From positions 64,001-128,000 of the forward strand of contig CAWJSR010000006.1 in the NCBI GenBank assembly GCA_963845515.1: DNA of 64,000 nt, given 5' to 3'. The notes below the pieces were generated by a model. That model was not told where the DNA came from. It was given only the letters and a program-made list of their open reading frames with translations, and did not search any database. The position numbers and the translations under genes were made by a program. Source of the stretch: an uncultured delta proteobacterium (GTDB lineage Bacteria; Myxococcota; Myxococcia; Myxococcales; Anaeromyxobacteraceae). Positions 1-10,685 of the stretch are shown here, one piece after another (position 1 is the stretch's first letter; each line of letters opens with the position of its first letter).

Positions 1-2
1 GG

Positions 3-173
3 GCGGCCGTCGACGCGCTGCCGGAGCGGCAGCGGATGGCGGTCCTGCTCTCCCGGTTCGAAGGGCTCTCCTACGAGGAGATCGCAGCCGCCCTGGAGAC
101 CTCGGTTTCCTCAGTGGAATCGCTGCTGTTCCGCGCCCGGCGGGCGCTCACCGCGGCCCTCGCGGAGCGGTAG
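3..173 (+). CDS. ECF RNA polymerase sigma factor, C-terminal region 4 (5' partial)
   Basis: Hand translation AAVDALPERQRMAVLLSRFEGLSYEEIAAALETSVSSVESLLFRARRAL is a typical sigma70 region 4.2 HTH; an anti-sigma gene follows. Confidence 0.9.
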   Translation, partial: AAVDALPERQRMAVLLSRFEGLSYEEIAAALETSVSSVESLLFRARRALTAALAER

Positions 174-238
174 CGCAAGTTTCCGCCCTGCAGGCGGTTC
201 AAACCCCACGACGAGCGCCGCTGCGCTCCGGAGCCACC

Positions 239-700
239 ATGCGCTGCGAAAGATCCCGAAGACTGCTCGGACTGGAGCTGGACGGCCGCCTCGAGGCGCC
301 CGACGCCGCGCGGCTCGCCGCCCACCTGGCGGCCTGCGAGTCCTGCGCGGCCGCGAGGATCTCGCTGGCTCACGCGTGGGAGCGGCTCGGCGTGCTGCCA
401 GCAGGCCCGCCGCCCGCCGAGGACTGGCCCACCATCTCCACGAGGATCGCCCAGCGCGCCGAGCGCCGCCCGTGGCTCCGCTGGCCGCTCGCCGCGCAGC
501 GTGCGATCCGGGTGGCGGCCGTCGCTGGCCTGGCCGCCGTCGGGCTGCTCCTCGGCGACGCCGCCGCCCGCGCGGCCCTCCAGCCGGTTCGCGTCGCCTC
601 TCCCGAGGCGGTCGCCATCGCCGAGGGCTTCGGCGACCTCCCCTTCGGCGCGCCGTCTCCCGGGCTGCTCCTGGGTGACGGCTACGGGGCGCGGCGATGA
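239..700 (+). CDS. zf-HC2 (ZAS) anti-sigma factor, membrane anchored
   Basis: N-terminal HLAACESC (HxxxCxxC) motif and one TM helix; directly after the ECF sigma. Confidence 0.85.
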   Translation: MRCERSRRLLGLELDGRLEAPDAARLAAHLAACESCAAARISLAHAWERLGVLPAGPPPAEDWPTISTRIAQRAERRPWLRWPLAAQRAIRVAAVAGLAAVGLLLGDAAARAALQPVRVASPEAVAIAEGFGDLPFGAPSPGLLLGDGYGARR

Positions 701-1182
701 AGCGCGCCATCCTCCTCGGGCTCCTGGTCGTCTCGCTCGCCGCGAACGCCGCCGTCGCCTGGCACGCGCTCCGGCGCGCCCACGCGTGCGGGCCCGGCGG
801 GATGCCGGCGGAGCCGCTCCTCTTCCAGCGGCTGAGGCTGGGCGAGGCGCAGCGGAGCGCGATCCTGGCCAGGCGCGCCAGCCTCATGGAGAAGCGCGCG
901 GCGACCGCGGCGCGGCTCGGCGAGCTGCGCGGAGACCTCGCGACCGCCCTCTCGCAGGGGGAGGCGGGAAGGGGCCGGATCGACGCGATCCTCGCGGACC
1001 TCGAGCGCGCCCAGCACGACTACCAGCGGACCGTCGTGGAGCACCTGCTCGCGGTCCGCGAGACGCTCACGCCGGAGCAGCGGCCGGTCTTCGAGGGGCT
1101 CCTCGGGGAGCGGCTGCGCGCCGGCTGGATGATGCAGCCCGACGGAGTGGCCCCGGGCGACCTGGGCGGAGGTTCCAAGTGA
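697..1182 (+). CDS. Periplasmic helical sensor, Spy/CpxP/ZraP/CnrX-like
   Basis: Signal/TM segment, LRLGEAQR and LTPEQR motifs, coiled helical body; ATGA overlap with the anti-sigma. Confidence 0.8.
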   Translation: MKRAILLGLLVVSLAANAAVAWHALRRAHACGPGGMPAEPLLFQRLRLGEAQRSAILARRASLMEKRAATAARLGELRGDLATALSQGEAGRGRIDAILADLERAQHDYQRTVVEHLLAVRETLTPEQRPVFEGLLGERLRAGWMMQPDGVAPGDLGGGSK

Positions 1183-2413
1183 TCGAGAAGCTGAGGCAGC
1201 ACCCCGTGCAGGTGGGGCGGCGTCGCCGCGCTCGCCGTGGCCGTGGTCGTAGCCGTGCTCGCCTCGCGCGACACGTCGGCGGCGACCGGGGCCGCGGCGC
1301 AGCTGGTGCCGGTCGGCCGGCGGACGCTGTCGTCCAACGTGCAGGCCACGGGGCTGGTCCGCGCCCGGACCGGGGCCGAGGTGAAGGTCGGCGCCCGCAT
1401 CTCCGGCCGGGTGGAGCGGCTCTTCGCGAACGTCGGGGACCGCGTGAAGAAGGGGGCGCCGATCGCGAAGCTCGACGATCGCGACCTGCGCGCCCGCGCG
1501 GCGCGCGCCGCGGCCGACGTCGCGGCCGCACGCGCCCAGCTCGCCGTGGTGAGGCGCGGCGCGCGCCCCGAGGAGATCTCCGAGGTCGAGGCCGGGCTCG
1601 CGCAGGTCGAGGCCGAGGAGCGGCTCGCGGCCTCGCAGGCGCAGCGGACCGGTGGGCTCGTGGCGAAGGGCCATGTCGGCCAGGAAGAAGGGGATCGGGC
1701 GCAGCGGGACCTCGCCGTGGCGCAGGCGAAGAGCGCCGCGGCGCGGAGCCGGCTGCAGCTGGCGCGGAGGCGCTACGTGGACGAGGACGTCCTCCTCGCG
1801 GACGCGCGGGTGAAGCAGGCCGAGGCCTCGCTGGCCGAGGCGCAGGCGATGGTCTCCTTCGCGACGCTCACGGCCCCGATCGACGGCGTGATCGCCCAGG
1901 TCTCGACGCAGGAGGGCGAGACGGTCTCCGCCGGCATGAGCGCGCCGACCTTCGTCACCCTCATCGATCTCGAGCGGCTCGAGGTGGCGGCCTACGTCGA
2001 CGAGGTGGACGTCGGCCGCATCCGCGTCGGCCAGCGGGCGGCCTTCAGCGTCGACGCGTTCCCGGGCGAGGAGTTCACCGGCACCGTCACGGCGATCTAC
2101 CCCCGCGCCGTGATCCAGTCGAACGTCGTCAACTACATCACCACCGTCGCCATCGAGAACCCGGACGGGAAGCTCAAGCCGGACATGACGGCGAACGTCA
2201 CGGTGTCGCTCGACGAGCGCAAGGGCGTCCTGGCCGTGCCGGACAGGGCGCTGCGGCGCGAGCGCGGGCGGACGGTCGTGTACGTGGCCGCCGGCGCCGG
2301 GCGCCGAGCCGCGCGAGGTGAAGGTCGGGCTGCGCGGAGGAGGGATGGCGGAGATCGTCTCCGGCCTCGCCGAGGGCGAGCGTGTGCAGATCCTCGAAGG
2401 AGAGAAGCGATGA
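1179..2413 (+). CDS. Efflux periplasmic adaptor (MacA-like MFP), frameshifted near 1215 and 2300
   Basis: VKVGARISGRVERLFANVGDRVKKG, TLTAPIDGVI and LKPDMTANV motifs; N- and C-termini lie in other frames. Confidence 0.85.
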
Positions 2414-3142
2414 TCGAGCTGAAGGACGTGCAGAAGACCTACCGGAACGACGCCGGGCTCGAGGTCCGCGCGCTGCGCGGGATCTCGCTCTCCGTCGGCG
2501 CGGGCGACTTCGTCGCCATCATGGGGCCGTCGGGCTGCGGGAAGAGCACGCTGATGAACGTGATCGGCACGCTCGACCGGCCGACCGGCGGCACCTACCG
2601 GATCGGCGGCGACGAGGTCGGGGCGCTCACCGACGAGCAGCTCTCCAGGCTCAGGAACCGCGCGCATCGGCTTCGTCTTCCAGGCGTTCCACCTCCTCCC
2701 CCTGCTCACCGCCGAGGAGAACGTGGAGCTGCCGCTCGTCTACGCCGACGCCGAGCCGGCGGACGGGCGGGAGCGCGCCCGCGCGGCCCTGGCGCGGCTC
2801 GGGCTCGGCGACCGGGGACACCACCGGCCCGGCGAGCTCTCGGGCGGGCAGCAGCAGCGCGTCGCCATCGCGCGCGCGCTCGTGACCGACCCGGACGTCA
2901 TCGTCGCCGACGAGCCGACCGGCAACCTGGACAGCAGGGCGAGCCTCGAGGTGATGGCAGTGCTCCAGGAGCTCTGGCGGCAGGGGAAGACCATCGTCCT
3001 CGTCACGCACGAGCCGGACGTGGCGCGCTACGCGCCGCGCCTCGTCACCCTGCGCGACGGCGTGGTGGTGTCCGACGCGACGGTCCCGCAGCCCGCTGAC
3101 GCGGCCGCGGAGCTCACCCGGACGGCGAAGGAGGCTGCCTAG
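2410..3142 (+). CDS. ABC transporter ATP-binding protein (MacB/LolD-like), frameshift near 2665
   Basis: Walker [10 protein letters not shown] in one frame; [15 protein letters not shown] and ADEPTGNLD in the next (ORF 2723..3142). Confidence 0.9.
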
Positions 3143-3144
3143 CC

Positions 3145-4353
3145 ATGAAGGCCATCGGACTCGCGGCACGCGTCGGCCTCCGCGGCCTCGCCCTCCGCAA
3201 GGGGCGCGCGGCGCTCATGATGCTCGGCGTCGCCATCGGGATCGTCACCCTCACCGTGGTCGTCTCGGTCGCCAAGGGAGCCAAGGTGAAGGTCGAGGGC
3301 GGCATCCAGAACTTCGGCCCCGACGCCCTCGTCGTCGCGGCGGGGAGCCCCCAGTTCCGCGGCCCCGGCGACGAGCGCGTCACCACGCTCGTCGACGAGG
3401 ACGTCGCCGCCATCCGGGCGCTCCCCGGCGTCCGCGTGGCCATGCCGATGGTGGTGCGCGTGGGGCAGGACGTCAGCGCGCGCGGCCGGGAGCACATGGC
3501 TGCCGTCATGGGCGCCACGCCGGACTACGAGGAGGCGTGGGACTGGCGCGTCGCGGCGGGGGAGCACGTGTCCGAGGCGCACGAGGCCTCGGCGGCGCGG
3601 GTCGCCGTCCTGGGCGCGACCGTGGCGAAGGAGCTCTTCGGGCAGGACGATCCCGTGGGCGACTCCATCCGCGTCGGCGACCAGTCCTTCAAGGTGGTGG
3701 GGGTCCTCGCCCGGCGTGGCGCGAGCCCGATGGGCATGGACATGGACAACCGCGTGGTGGTGCCGCTCTCGACCGCGACGCGCCGGCTCTTCAACGTGAG
3801 CTGGTACAGCCTCGTCCGCGTGCGCGCCACCTCCATGGGTGAGGGGGACGCCGTCGCCGCCCGCGTCACCGCGCTGCTGCGGGAGCGCCACCGGATCGGC
3901 GCCGGCGACGCGGACGACTTCGCCGTCCGCTCGCCGACCGCCATCCGGACGATGGCGGCGGCGATGACGAGGAAGCTCACCACGATGCTGGGCCTCGTCT
4001 CGATCATCGCCCTCGTGGCCGGCGCGGTGGTCCTCGCCAACATCCTGCTGGCCGCCGTGTCGGAGCGGCGCGCGGAGATCGGGCTCACCAGGGCCCTGGG
4101 GGCGACGCGCCGCCAGGTGGTGCAGCAGTTCCTCGTCGAGGGGGTGACCGTCACCCTCGCCGGCGGTGCAGTGGGAGTGCTCGTCGGCGCGCTGGTGGCC
4201 ACGATCATGGGGCGGATGAAGATGCCGGTCGCGGTGAGCTGGGAGCCGTTCGCCCTGGCGGTCGTCGCCAGCGTCGTGGTCGGCCTCGCGGCCGCGGCGG
4301 TGCCCGCGCGGCGGGCGGCCGCCATCGACCCGGCGACCGCGCTCAGGCCGTAG
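3145..4353 (+). CDS. ABC transporter permease (MacB/FtsX family)
   Basis: LMMLGVAIGI, periplasmic domain and VSERRAEIGLTRALGA motif. Confidence 0.9.
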   Translation: MKAIGLAARVGLRGLALRKGRAALMMLGVAIGIVTLTVVVSVAKGAKVKVEGGIQNFGPDALVVAAGSPQFRGPGDERVTTLVDEDVAAIRALPGVRVAMPMVVRVGQDVSARGREHMAAVMGATPDYEEAWDWRVAAGEHVSEAHEASAARVAVLGATVAKELFGQDDPVGDSIRVGDQSFKVVGVLARRGASPMGMDMDNRVVVPLSTATRRLFNVSWYSLVRVRATSMGEGDAVAARVTALLRERHRIGAGDADDFAVRSPTAIRTMAAAMTRKLTTMLGLVSIIALVAGAVVLANILLAAVSERRAEIGLTRALGATRRQVVQQFLVEGVTVTLAGGAVGVLVGALVATIMGRMKMPVAVSWEPFALAVVASVVVGLAAAAVPARRAAAIDPATALRP

Positions 4354-4380
4354 CGCCCCCCACCGGACGCGAGGCAAGGC

Positions 4381-5595
4381 ATGGAGCCCGGTCGCATCGC
4401 CAGCCTCGCGTTCCGCTCCGCCTGGCGGGAGCGCAGGCGCACCTGGCCCGCGGCGCTCGGGATCGCCGTCGGCGTGGCCGCGCTGGTGGCCATGGTCGGC
4501 GTCGGGCAGGGGGCCGAGCGCGCGGTGGTGGACCGGATCCGGGCGATGGGCTCGGACCTGGTCACGGTCAGCTCCGGCCAGGTCCGCGTCGTCGCGGGGC
4601 GGGCGCGGCAGGTTGGCAACGTGACGACGCTCTCCGCCGCGGACGCCGAGGCGCTCCACGCCATCGACGCGATCGCGCAGGTCGCCCCTGCGCAGAGCCA
4701 GAAGCTCCCCGTGCAGTGGGGCGACCTGAAGAGCGCGACCACGGTCCTCGGGGCGGGCGAGGGGGTCTTCCCCGTCCGCAACCTGGAGGTGGCCAGCGGG
4801 CGCCGGTTCGACGCGGAGGAGGACCGCGCTGCGCGCAGGGTCGCGCTGATCGGCGAGACGGTGCGGCAGAGCCTCTTCGGGGACCGGAGTCCGGTGGGCG
4901 AGCTCCTGCGCATCAACCGGGTCCCCTTCGAGGTGATCGGGACGCTGGCGCCCAGGGGCGTGGACGCTGGCGGGACCGACCAGGACGACGTGGTCGTGGT
5001 GCCGCTCGGCGCCGCGCTGCGGCGCCTCATGAACGTCGATCACCTCTCCAACATCTACGTGCAGGCGCACCGGGGACGCACGGGCGAGGCCGCGATGGAG
5101 ATCGCGGCGCTGCTCCGGGAGCGCCACCGGCTGAGGGCCGGGAAGGGCGACGACTTCACCGTGCAGGACCAGGCCGACGCGCTGGCGGTCGAGGCCTCCG
5201 CCGCGGAGAGCTTCACCGCGCTGCTCGCGGTGGTCTCGGCCGTCGCGCTGCTCATCGGCGGCGTGGGCGTCCTCGCGGTGATGCTCATCGCAGTCCGCGA
5301 GCGCGTGCGCGAGGTGGGGCTCCGGCGCGCGCTCGGCGCGACCCGGCGCGACGTCCTGCTCCAGTTCGGCGGCGAGGCGCTCGCGATCGGGGTGGTCGGG
5401 GGCGCCGTCGGGGTCGCCGGAGGCGCGGCGGCCGCGCTCGCCGCGTCGGCGCTCGGCGGCTGGCCGATCGAGATCTCGCTCGGCGCGGCCGGAGGTGCGG
5501 CGGCCCTGTCGACCCTCGTCGCTGCGGGGTTCGGCGCGATCCCCGCGCGCCGCGCGGCTGCGGTCGACCCGGCGACGTCGCTGCGGGGGGCCTAG
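4381..5595 (+). CDS. ABC transporter permease (MacB/FtsX family)
   Basis: ALGIAVGVAALV and VRERVREVGLRRALGA motifs; paralog of the preceding gene. Confidence 0.9.
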   Translation: MEPGRIASLAFRSAWRERRRTWPAALGIAVGVAALVAMVGVGQGAERAVVDRIRAMGSDLVTVSSGQVRVVAGRARQVGNVTTLSAADAEALHAIDAIAQVAPAQSQKLPVQWGDLKSATTVLGAGEGVFPVRNLEVASGRRFDAEEDRAARRVALIGETVRQSLFGDRSPVGELLRINRVPFEVIGTLAPRGVDAGGTDQDDVVVVPLGAALRRLMNVDHLSNIYVQAHRGRTGEAAMEIAALLRERHRLRAGKGDDFTVQDQADALAVEASAAESFTALLAVVSAVALLIGGVGVLAVMLIAVRERVREVGLRRALGATRRDVLLQFGGEALAIGVVGGAVGVAGGAAAALAASALGGWPIEISLGAAGGAAALSTLVAAGFGAIPARRAAAVDPATSLRGA

Positions 5596-5598
5596 GAC

Positions 5599-6568
5599 CT
5601 ACTCGGGATCCCCCGGCTCGTCCTTCTTCTCGTCCCCCGCCTTCTTCTTGAGCCCCGCGCGCTCCAGGGCGTCCGCGACGCCGCGCGGCTTCCGCTCGTC
5701 TGGGAGCGCGTCCGTCGGCGCGGAGACCGACGGCACGCCCTGGCCGAGCGTCTTCACCTGCGCTCGCAGCGCGACCTGCACGCGCGCGCGGGGGTCGGCC
5801 TTCACGCCGTAGGCCGCGTCGAGCGAGATGCTGAGCGGGACGCCGGTCTGCGCGTCGAGGATGAGCTCACCCGTCGCCGAGACGGGCTGCGCCCCGTCGA
5901 GGAGGGCGAGCCGCGCCTTCGTGTCGGGGTCGGGTCCGCCCTGCGGGAAGACGCGCGTGTCGGACGGCGGCGCGGCCTCCGCGACGTCGGTCGCGAGGGA
6001 GAGGGCATAGCGGATGGCCGCGCGGCCGAGGAGGTTCGTCTCGCCTGCGTTGCCGAGCGCGAGCCGGGGGCCGAAGAGGCTCGCCAGATCGCCAGCCAGT
6101 CCGAAGCTCTCGCCCCGGTATCGCCGCGCGTCGTGGCCGTGGTCGCCGGGCCGCTCGCGCCATGGCGCCCATCGCCCCCGCGCGTAGGTCATGCTGCCGG
6201 CCCAGATCACGTCACGCCCCGTCTCGGCGCCCTCCCCGAGGCCGGGATCGATCCCGTTCTCGACGAGGAACTCGCCGGTGGCGGCCTGCACCAGCCGGTG
6301 TCGCTCCACCGCGCGCACGCTCTCGGCGCTCCCCTGCCGGCTGACCGTCCACTCGACGCCGGCGGTCCACTCGAAGCTGCCGATCCGGCGAGCCGCCTCG
6401 TCGGCGTCGAGGAGGAGCGAGCGCTCCGGCCGCTCCGGGTCGAAGCGGGGCGCGCCGGCGCCCTGCTGCCCGGCGCCCTGCGCGGCGAGAGGATCCCGCG
6501 CCCTTGCGGCCGCAGCCGGATGCCACGGCGAGCGTCAGGGCGGCGGTGATGAGGAGGCGAAGGGTCAT
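5599..6568 (-). CDS. Hypothetical lipoprotein, frameshifted
   Basis: Lipobox-like MTLRLLITAALTLAVASGC at 6568; the C-terminal part is ORF 5599..6318 in another frame. Confidence 0.55.
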
Positions 6569-6655
6569 TTTGGGGTTCGGGGTCGGGCTCCGGGGTCGGG
6601 GCAATCTAGCGGGCCGCGGGGCCGGTGCCAACGGGCGGCCGATCGCGCCCGACGG

Positions 6656-8341
6656 TCAGTCCTCCACGGCGCCCGCCGGCGCGCTCGCCTCGACGTCGGC
6701 GACCGAGACGCGGCCGTCGCTGAAGAGGATCCGGTCGCACCGGTGGAGCAGCTCTGGGAGCCCGTCGCGCGTCGCCGCCGAGACGGCCACGCCGTCGCGG
6801 TGATGTGCGAGCGCGGCGGCGTCGCCGCTGGGGAGCCGATCCGCCTTGTTGAAGACCAGGAGCCGCCGCTTGCCGTCCAGCTCCAGCTCCCGGAGGATCG
6901 TCTCGACCGCGCGGATCTGCTGATCGTGGCGCGGATCGGCGGCGTCCACCACGTGCAGCAGCAGGTCGGCGTCGTAGAGCTCCTCCAGCGTCGCGCTGAA
7001 GGCCGTGACGAGGTCCTCCGGCAGGTCGCGGATGAAGCCCACCGTGTCGGTGATGATCACCTCGCGGTCGCGCGGGAAGCGGAGCCGCCGGCTCGTCGGG
7101 TCCAGGGTCGCGAAGAGCTTGTCCTCGACGAGGACCTCGGACGCGGTGAGCGCGTTGAGGAGGGTCGACTTCCCGGCGTTGGTGTAGCCGACGATCGAGA
7201 GGACCGGCAGCGATCGCTCGTTCCGCTGCTTGCGCCGCAGCCCGCGGTTCTGGGACAGGGACGCGATCCGGCGCTCCAGCGCGGTGATCCGGTCGCGCAC
7301 GCGGCGGCGATCGATCTCCAGCTTCGTCTCGCCCGGCCCGCGGCCGCCGATGCCGCCTGCCAGGCGGGAGAGCGAGTCGTCGCGCCCCACGAGGCGCGGG
7401 TAGAGGTACTTGAGCTGCGCCAGCTCGACCTGGAGCTTGCCGTCCGCCGACTGGGCGCGCTGCGCGAAGATGTCGAGGATGAGCTGCGTCCGGTCGAGGA
7501 TCTTGAGGCTGGTGACCTCGGCGATGTGGCGCGCCTGCGACGGCGACAGGTCGGCGTCGAAGACGATCATGCTCGCCATGAGCTGCATCGAGTGGAGCAC
7601 CAGCTCCTGGAGCTTCCCCTCGCCGATGAAGTAGCGCGGGTCGGGATCGCGCCGCATCTGCAGCGTCGCGTCGAGCACCTCGACGCCGGCGGTGCGCGCC
7701 AGCTCCTTCAGCTCCTCCAGCGATCCCTCGGCGTCGGCGCGGGTCCGCCGCTTCCCGCCCCAGCCGACGAGGATGGCCCGCTCGCGCCCGCCGGTCCGGC
7801 GCACCGCCCGCGCGCGCGCGAACTCCTCCTCCAGGGCGAGGGCCTGGGAGAGGGCGGGCCAGTCGAGGTCGTGGACCGACGGCGCCACCTCGTCCTTCCA
7901 GAGGGCGCCGCGCTCGTTCTCCGGCACGAGGTGGGCGAAGTGCACGCGTCCCGGGAGGCCGTCGTCCTTCACCTCCAGCGCCGCGACCAGGTCGAGCCGG
8001 AGCAGCGCGAGGTCGGTGTGATCGTCGCGGGTGACCGGCTCCCCGTGCAGGTGCGTGTGGACGAGCCGCAGCCCGCGGAGGCGGCTCTCGCCGGCGCGCG
8101 CGCGCCCCACGTCCGGGAGGTCGAGCTTCCTCGCGTCGCCGACGATGACCGCCTCGACGTCCCCCTTCCGGTCGAGGAAGACGCCGACCTGCCGGTTGGT
8201 CTCCAGCGAGAGCTCGGTGAGGTGGCGCGCGAGCTCCGGCGAGACGATCGCCTCGGCGTCGACCCGGCGGCGATAGGTGCGGCGGAGCGCTTCGAGCTGG
8301 GAGGGCTTGAGGCCGAGGGTGTTGCCGAAGACGTCCTTCAT
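6656..8341 (-). CDS. hflX: GTPase HflX (long form with N-terminal extension)
   Basis: GYTNAGKST, KLFATLDPT, DTVGFIRDLP, NKAD and GGRGPGETKLEIDRR; start taken at MKDVFGNTLG. Confidence 0.95.
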   Translation of the reverse strand: MKDVFGNTLGLKPSQLEALRRTYRRRVDAEAIVSPELARHLTELSLETNRQVGVFLDRKGDVEAVIVGDARKLDLPDVGRARAGESRLRGLRLVHTHLHGEPVTRDDHTDLALLRLDLVAALEVKDDGLPGRVHFAHLVPENERGALWKDEVAPSVHDLDWPALSQALALEEEFARARAVRRTGGRERAILVGWGGKRRTRADAEGSLEELKELARTAGVEVLDATLQMRRDPDPRYFIGEGKLQELVLHSMQLMASMIVFDADLSPSQARHIAEVTSLKILDRTQLILDIFAQRAQSADGKLQVELAQLKYLYPRLVGRDDSLSRLAGGIGGRGPGETKLEIDRRRVRDRITALERRIASLSQNRGLRRKQRNERSLPVLSIVGYTNAGKSTLLNALTASEVLVEDKLFATLDPTSRRLRFPRDREVIITDTVGFIRDLPEDLVTAFSATLEELYDADLLLHVVDAADPRHDQQIRAVETILRELELDGKRRLLVFNKADRLPSGDAAALAHHRDGVAVSAATRDGLPELLHRCDRILFSDGRVSVADVEASAPAGAVED

Positions 8342-8465
8342 CTGTCCTGAGGTGCACTCTAGCCGCCGGACGCCCCGCGCGCGAGCCCCGTCGGAGGACG
8401 GTCCAGAGCGCGGCGGAGGCGCCCCGCCGACTATCTCCCGGGCTGACCAGCAGGGGGAGGTTCCA

Positions 8466-9452
8466 ATGGCCGACGTCGCGACGAAGTATCTCGGGCTGGA
8501 GCTGGCGAGCCCGCTGGTCCTCGCCTCCTCCTCGATCTCAAACAGGGTGGACGCGCTCGAGGCCGCAGAGGGGCACGGCGCCGGCGCCGTGGTGCTCCGA
8601 TCGCTCTTCGAGGAGCAGCTCGAGAGCGCCCAGACCGCGCTCGACGAGGAGCTGACCCGCGGGCAGGACACCAACCCCGAGGGGCGCACCTACTTCACGC
8701 CGCAGCGGGTCGGGCCGCACGAGTACCTCTCGCTCATCGAGCGGGCGAAGAAGGCGCTCCGGATCCCGGTGATCGCGAGCCTCAACTGCGCCGCCCCCGG
8801 GAGCTGGGCCGGGTACGCACGTGACATCGAGGGGGCCGGGGCCGACGCGCTGGAGATCAACATCTACACGGTGGAGGCCGATCCCTCGGTGACCGGCGCC
8901 GAGATCGAGCGGCGCCACGTCGAGGTGGTCGAGTCGGTCCGCGCGGCGGTCAAGCTCCCGATCGCCGTGAAGCTGTCGCCGTACTACACCTCCGTCGCCA
9001 ACATGGCTGCCCGGATGGAGGCGGCCGGGGCGCAGGGGCTCGTCCTGTTCAACCGCTTCCTCCAGCCGGACATCAACCTGGAGAAGCTGGCGCCACAGGT
9101 CGGCATGAACCTCTCGGCGCCGTCCGAGACGCTCGTGCCGCTCCGCTGGATCGCGCTCCTCCACGGCCGCACGAAGGGAGACCTCGCCTCGTCGACTGGG
9201 ATCCACGACGCGCAGGGGGCGGCGAAGCACCTCCTCGCCGGCGCGACGGTGGTGCAGCTCGCGTCGACGCTGGTGAGGAACGGCGTCACCCACGTCGGCA
9301 GGATCCGCGCAGATCTGGAGGCCTGGATGGACAAGCGCGGCTACTCCACGCTCGACGACGTGCGCGGGACGCTCTCGCAGCGCCACGTGCTCGACCCGGC
9401 CGCGTTCGAGCGGGCGCAGTACGTGCAGCTCATCCTGTCGCAGAACGGGTAG
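8466..9452 (+). CDS. Dihydroorotate dehydrogenase-like flavoprotein
   Basis: KYLGLELASPLV, ADALEINIY, PIAVKLSPY, GLVLFNRFLQPDI and FERAQY; GGAGG RBS upstream. Confidence 0.85.
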   Translation: MADVATKYLGLELASPLVLASSSISNRVDALEAAEGHGAGAVVLRSLFEEQLESAQTALDEELTRGQDTNPEGRTYFTPQRVGPHEYLSLIERAKKALRIPVIASLNCAAPGSWAGYARDIEGAGADALEINIYTVEADPSVTGAEIERRHVEVVESVRAAVKLPIAVKLSPYYTSVANMAARMEAAGAQGLVLFNRFLQPDINLEKLAPQVGMNLSAPSETLVPLRWIALLHGRTKGDLASSTGIHDAQGAAKHLLAGATVVQLASTLVRNGVTHVGRIRADLEAWMDKRGYSTLDDVRGTLSQRHVLDPAAFERAQYVQLILSQNG

Positions 9453-9497
9453 CGTCCGAACCCGACGACCCGATCGGAGACTGTCTCCCGCCGGAGC

Positions 9498-10069
9498 TCA
9501 GCCCTCCGCGAGCGGCAGCCCCAGGAACCGTGCGTAGCGCCGCGCCGCGGCGGCGAGGGCGCGGCGTCGCCTCGCGGAGAGCGGGGCGAAGGGGAGGAGC
9601 TCGACGGCGAGATCCCGCGCTGTCCGGCGGTCGAGATCCGGGCCGCCTCCAGCGCCCGCACCACGTCCGGGCGCGCGAGCGCGCGGCCCCCTTCCAGCGC
9701 CCGGCGGAGCACCTTCCGGCTCCGCGCGAAGGTGGCCGCGTCGAGCTCCAGCTGGCGGAACCGGGCGGCGGCCGACGCGATGACCCGCGGCGCGACGAGC
9801 GCGAGCATCCAGCGCACGTCCTCCGCGGCGACCAGGTGGAGGGTTCCCCGCAGGGGCCACGTCCGCACGAGGGTCCGGTCGGCGAGCGCCTGCTCCACCC
9901 GGCGCTCGGTCGCCCCCTTCGTGCGGAGGCCGACGGCCCAGAGCGACCCGAGGTAGTCCTGCGCCTGCACCGCGCCGAGCCGCGCCACCACCTCACGCGG
10001 CTCGGCGGGCGGGGTGCCTGCGATCCCCTGGGCGCGCAGGCGCAAGGCGGCGACCTCGGTGGGCGTCAC
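9498..10069 (-). pseudogene. AlkZ/YcaQ-like winged-helix DNA glycosylase with large internal deletion
   Basis: N-terminal AVQAQD and VRTWPLRGTLHLV motifs jump at ~9612 to the C-terminal ARRYARFLG in another frame; the middle of the protein is absent. Confidence 0.7.
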
Positions 10070-10158
10070 GAGGGGAGCGTAGTCGCGGCGTGGGGTAGCC
10101 GCAAAACCCACTGGCCCGCGCCCTGCGGGTTTCCGGTACCGTCGTCGCGGAGGCCGGG

Positions 10159-10467
10159 ATGGTGGCGAGAAAGAAGCGCGCCGGCAAGGCGCGCGGTGGC
10201 TGGAGGGTCTACTTCCTGCGCTGCGGGGACGGCTCGCTCTACGCCGGCGCGACCAACGACATGGCCCGGCGCCTCGCCCGCCACGCCTCCGGCAAAGGCG
10301 GGCGCTACACCCGCTCGCGCCTCCCGGTCGAGCTCGTCTACGAGGAGCCCGTCCGCGGCCGCGGCGCGGCGCTCAGACGCGAGGCGGCGCTGAAGCGGCT
10401 CTCAAGGAAGGAGAAGCTGGCGCTGGCGGGGACTTGGCGTCACTCCGCCGGCCGGAGCCCGAGGTAG
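10159..10467 (+). CDS. GIY-YIG nuclease (YhbQ/UPF0213 family)
   Basis: WRVYFLRCGDGSLYAGATND...RHASGKGGRYTRSRLPVELVY...ALRREAALKRLSRKEK. Confidence 0.9.
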   Translation: MVARKKRAGKARGGWRVYFLRCGDGSLYAGATNDMARRLARHASGKGGRYTRSRLPVELVYEEPVRGRGAALRREAALKRLSRKEKLALAGTWRHSAGRSPR

Positions 10468-10685
10468 AGCACGTCGGGATCGAGGTCGGCGCCGTTGGGC
10501 CAGGCGAGCGTCCTGCCGACGGGATCGACGTAGACCGCGCGAAAGAGCATCGGGTCGTCGATCAGCGGCTGGAAGACCGGGCCGTGCAGGAATGGGGCGA
10601 GGTCGATCCGGCGGAGCGAGCCGTCGGTGAACGTGACCTCCACGTCGAAGCCGGTCAACGGCCTGACCTCGCGAACGCGCACCAT
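10440..10685 (-). CDS. DUF2442-family small protein (putative antitoxin)
   Basis: VREVRPL...VTFTDG...DL...GPVFQPL...F..V.VD....LAWPNGADLDPDVLY pattern. Confidence 0.8.
   Translation of the reverse strand: MVRVREVRPLTGFDVEVTFTDGSLRRIDLAPFLHGPVFQPLIDDPMLFRAVYVDPVGRTLAWPNGADLDPDVLYLGLRPAE

Noticed and set aside
6570..6601. ggggttcggggtcgggctccggggtcgggg G-tract run as a functional G-quadruplex
   Set aside because: Such runs are common at this GC content and there is no supporting evidence.
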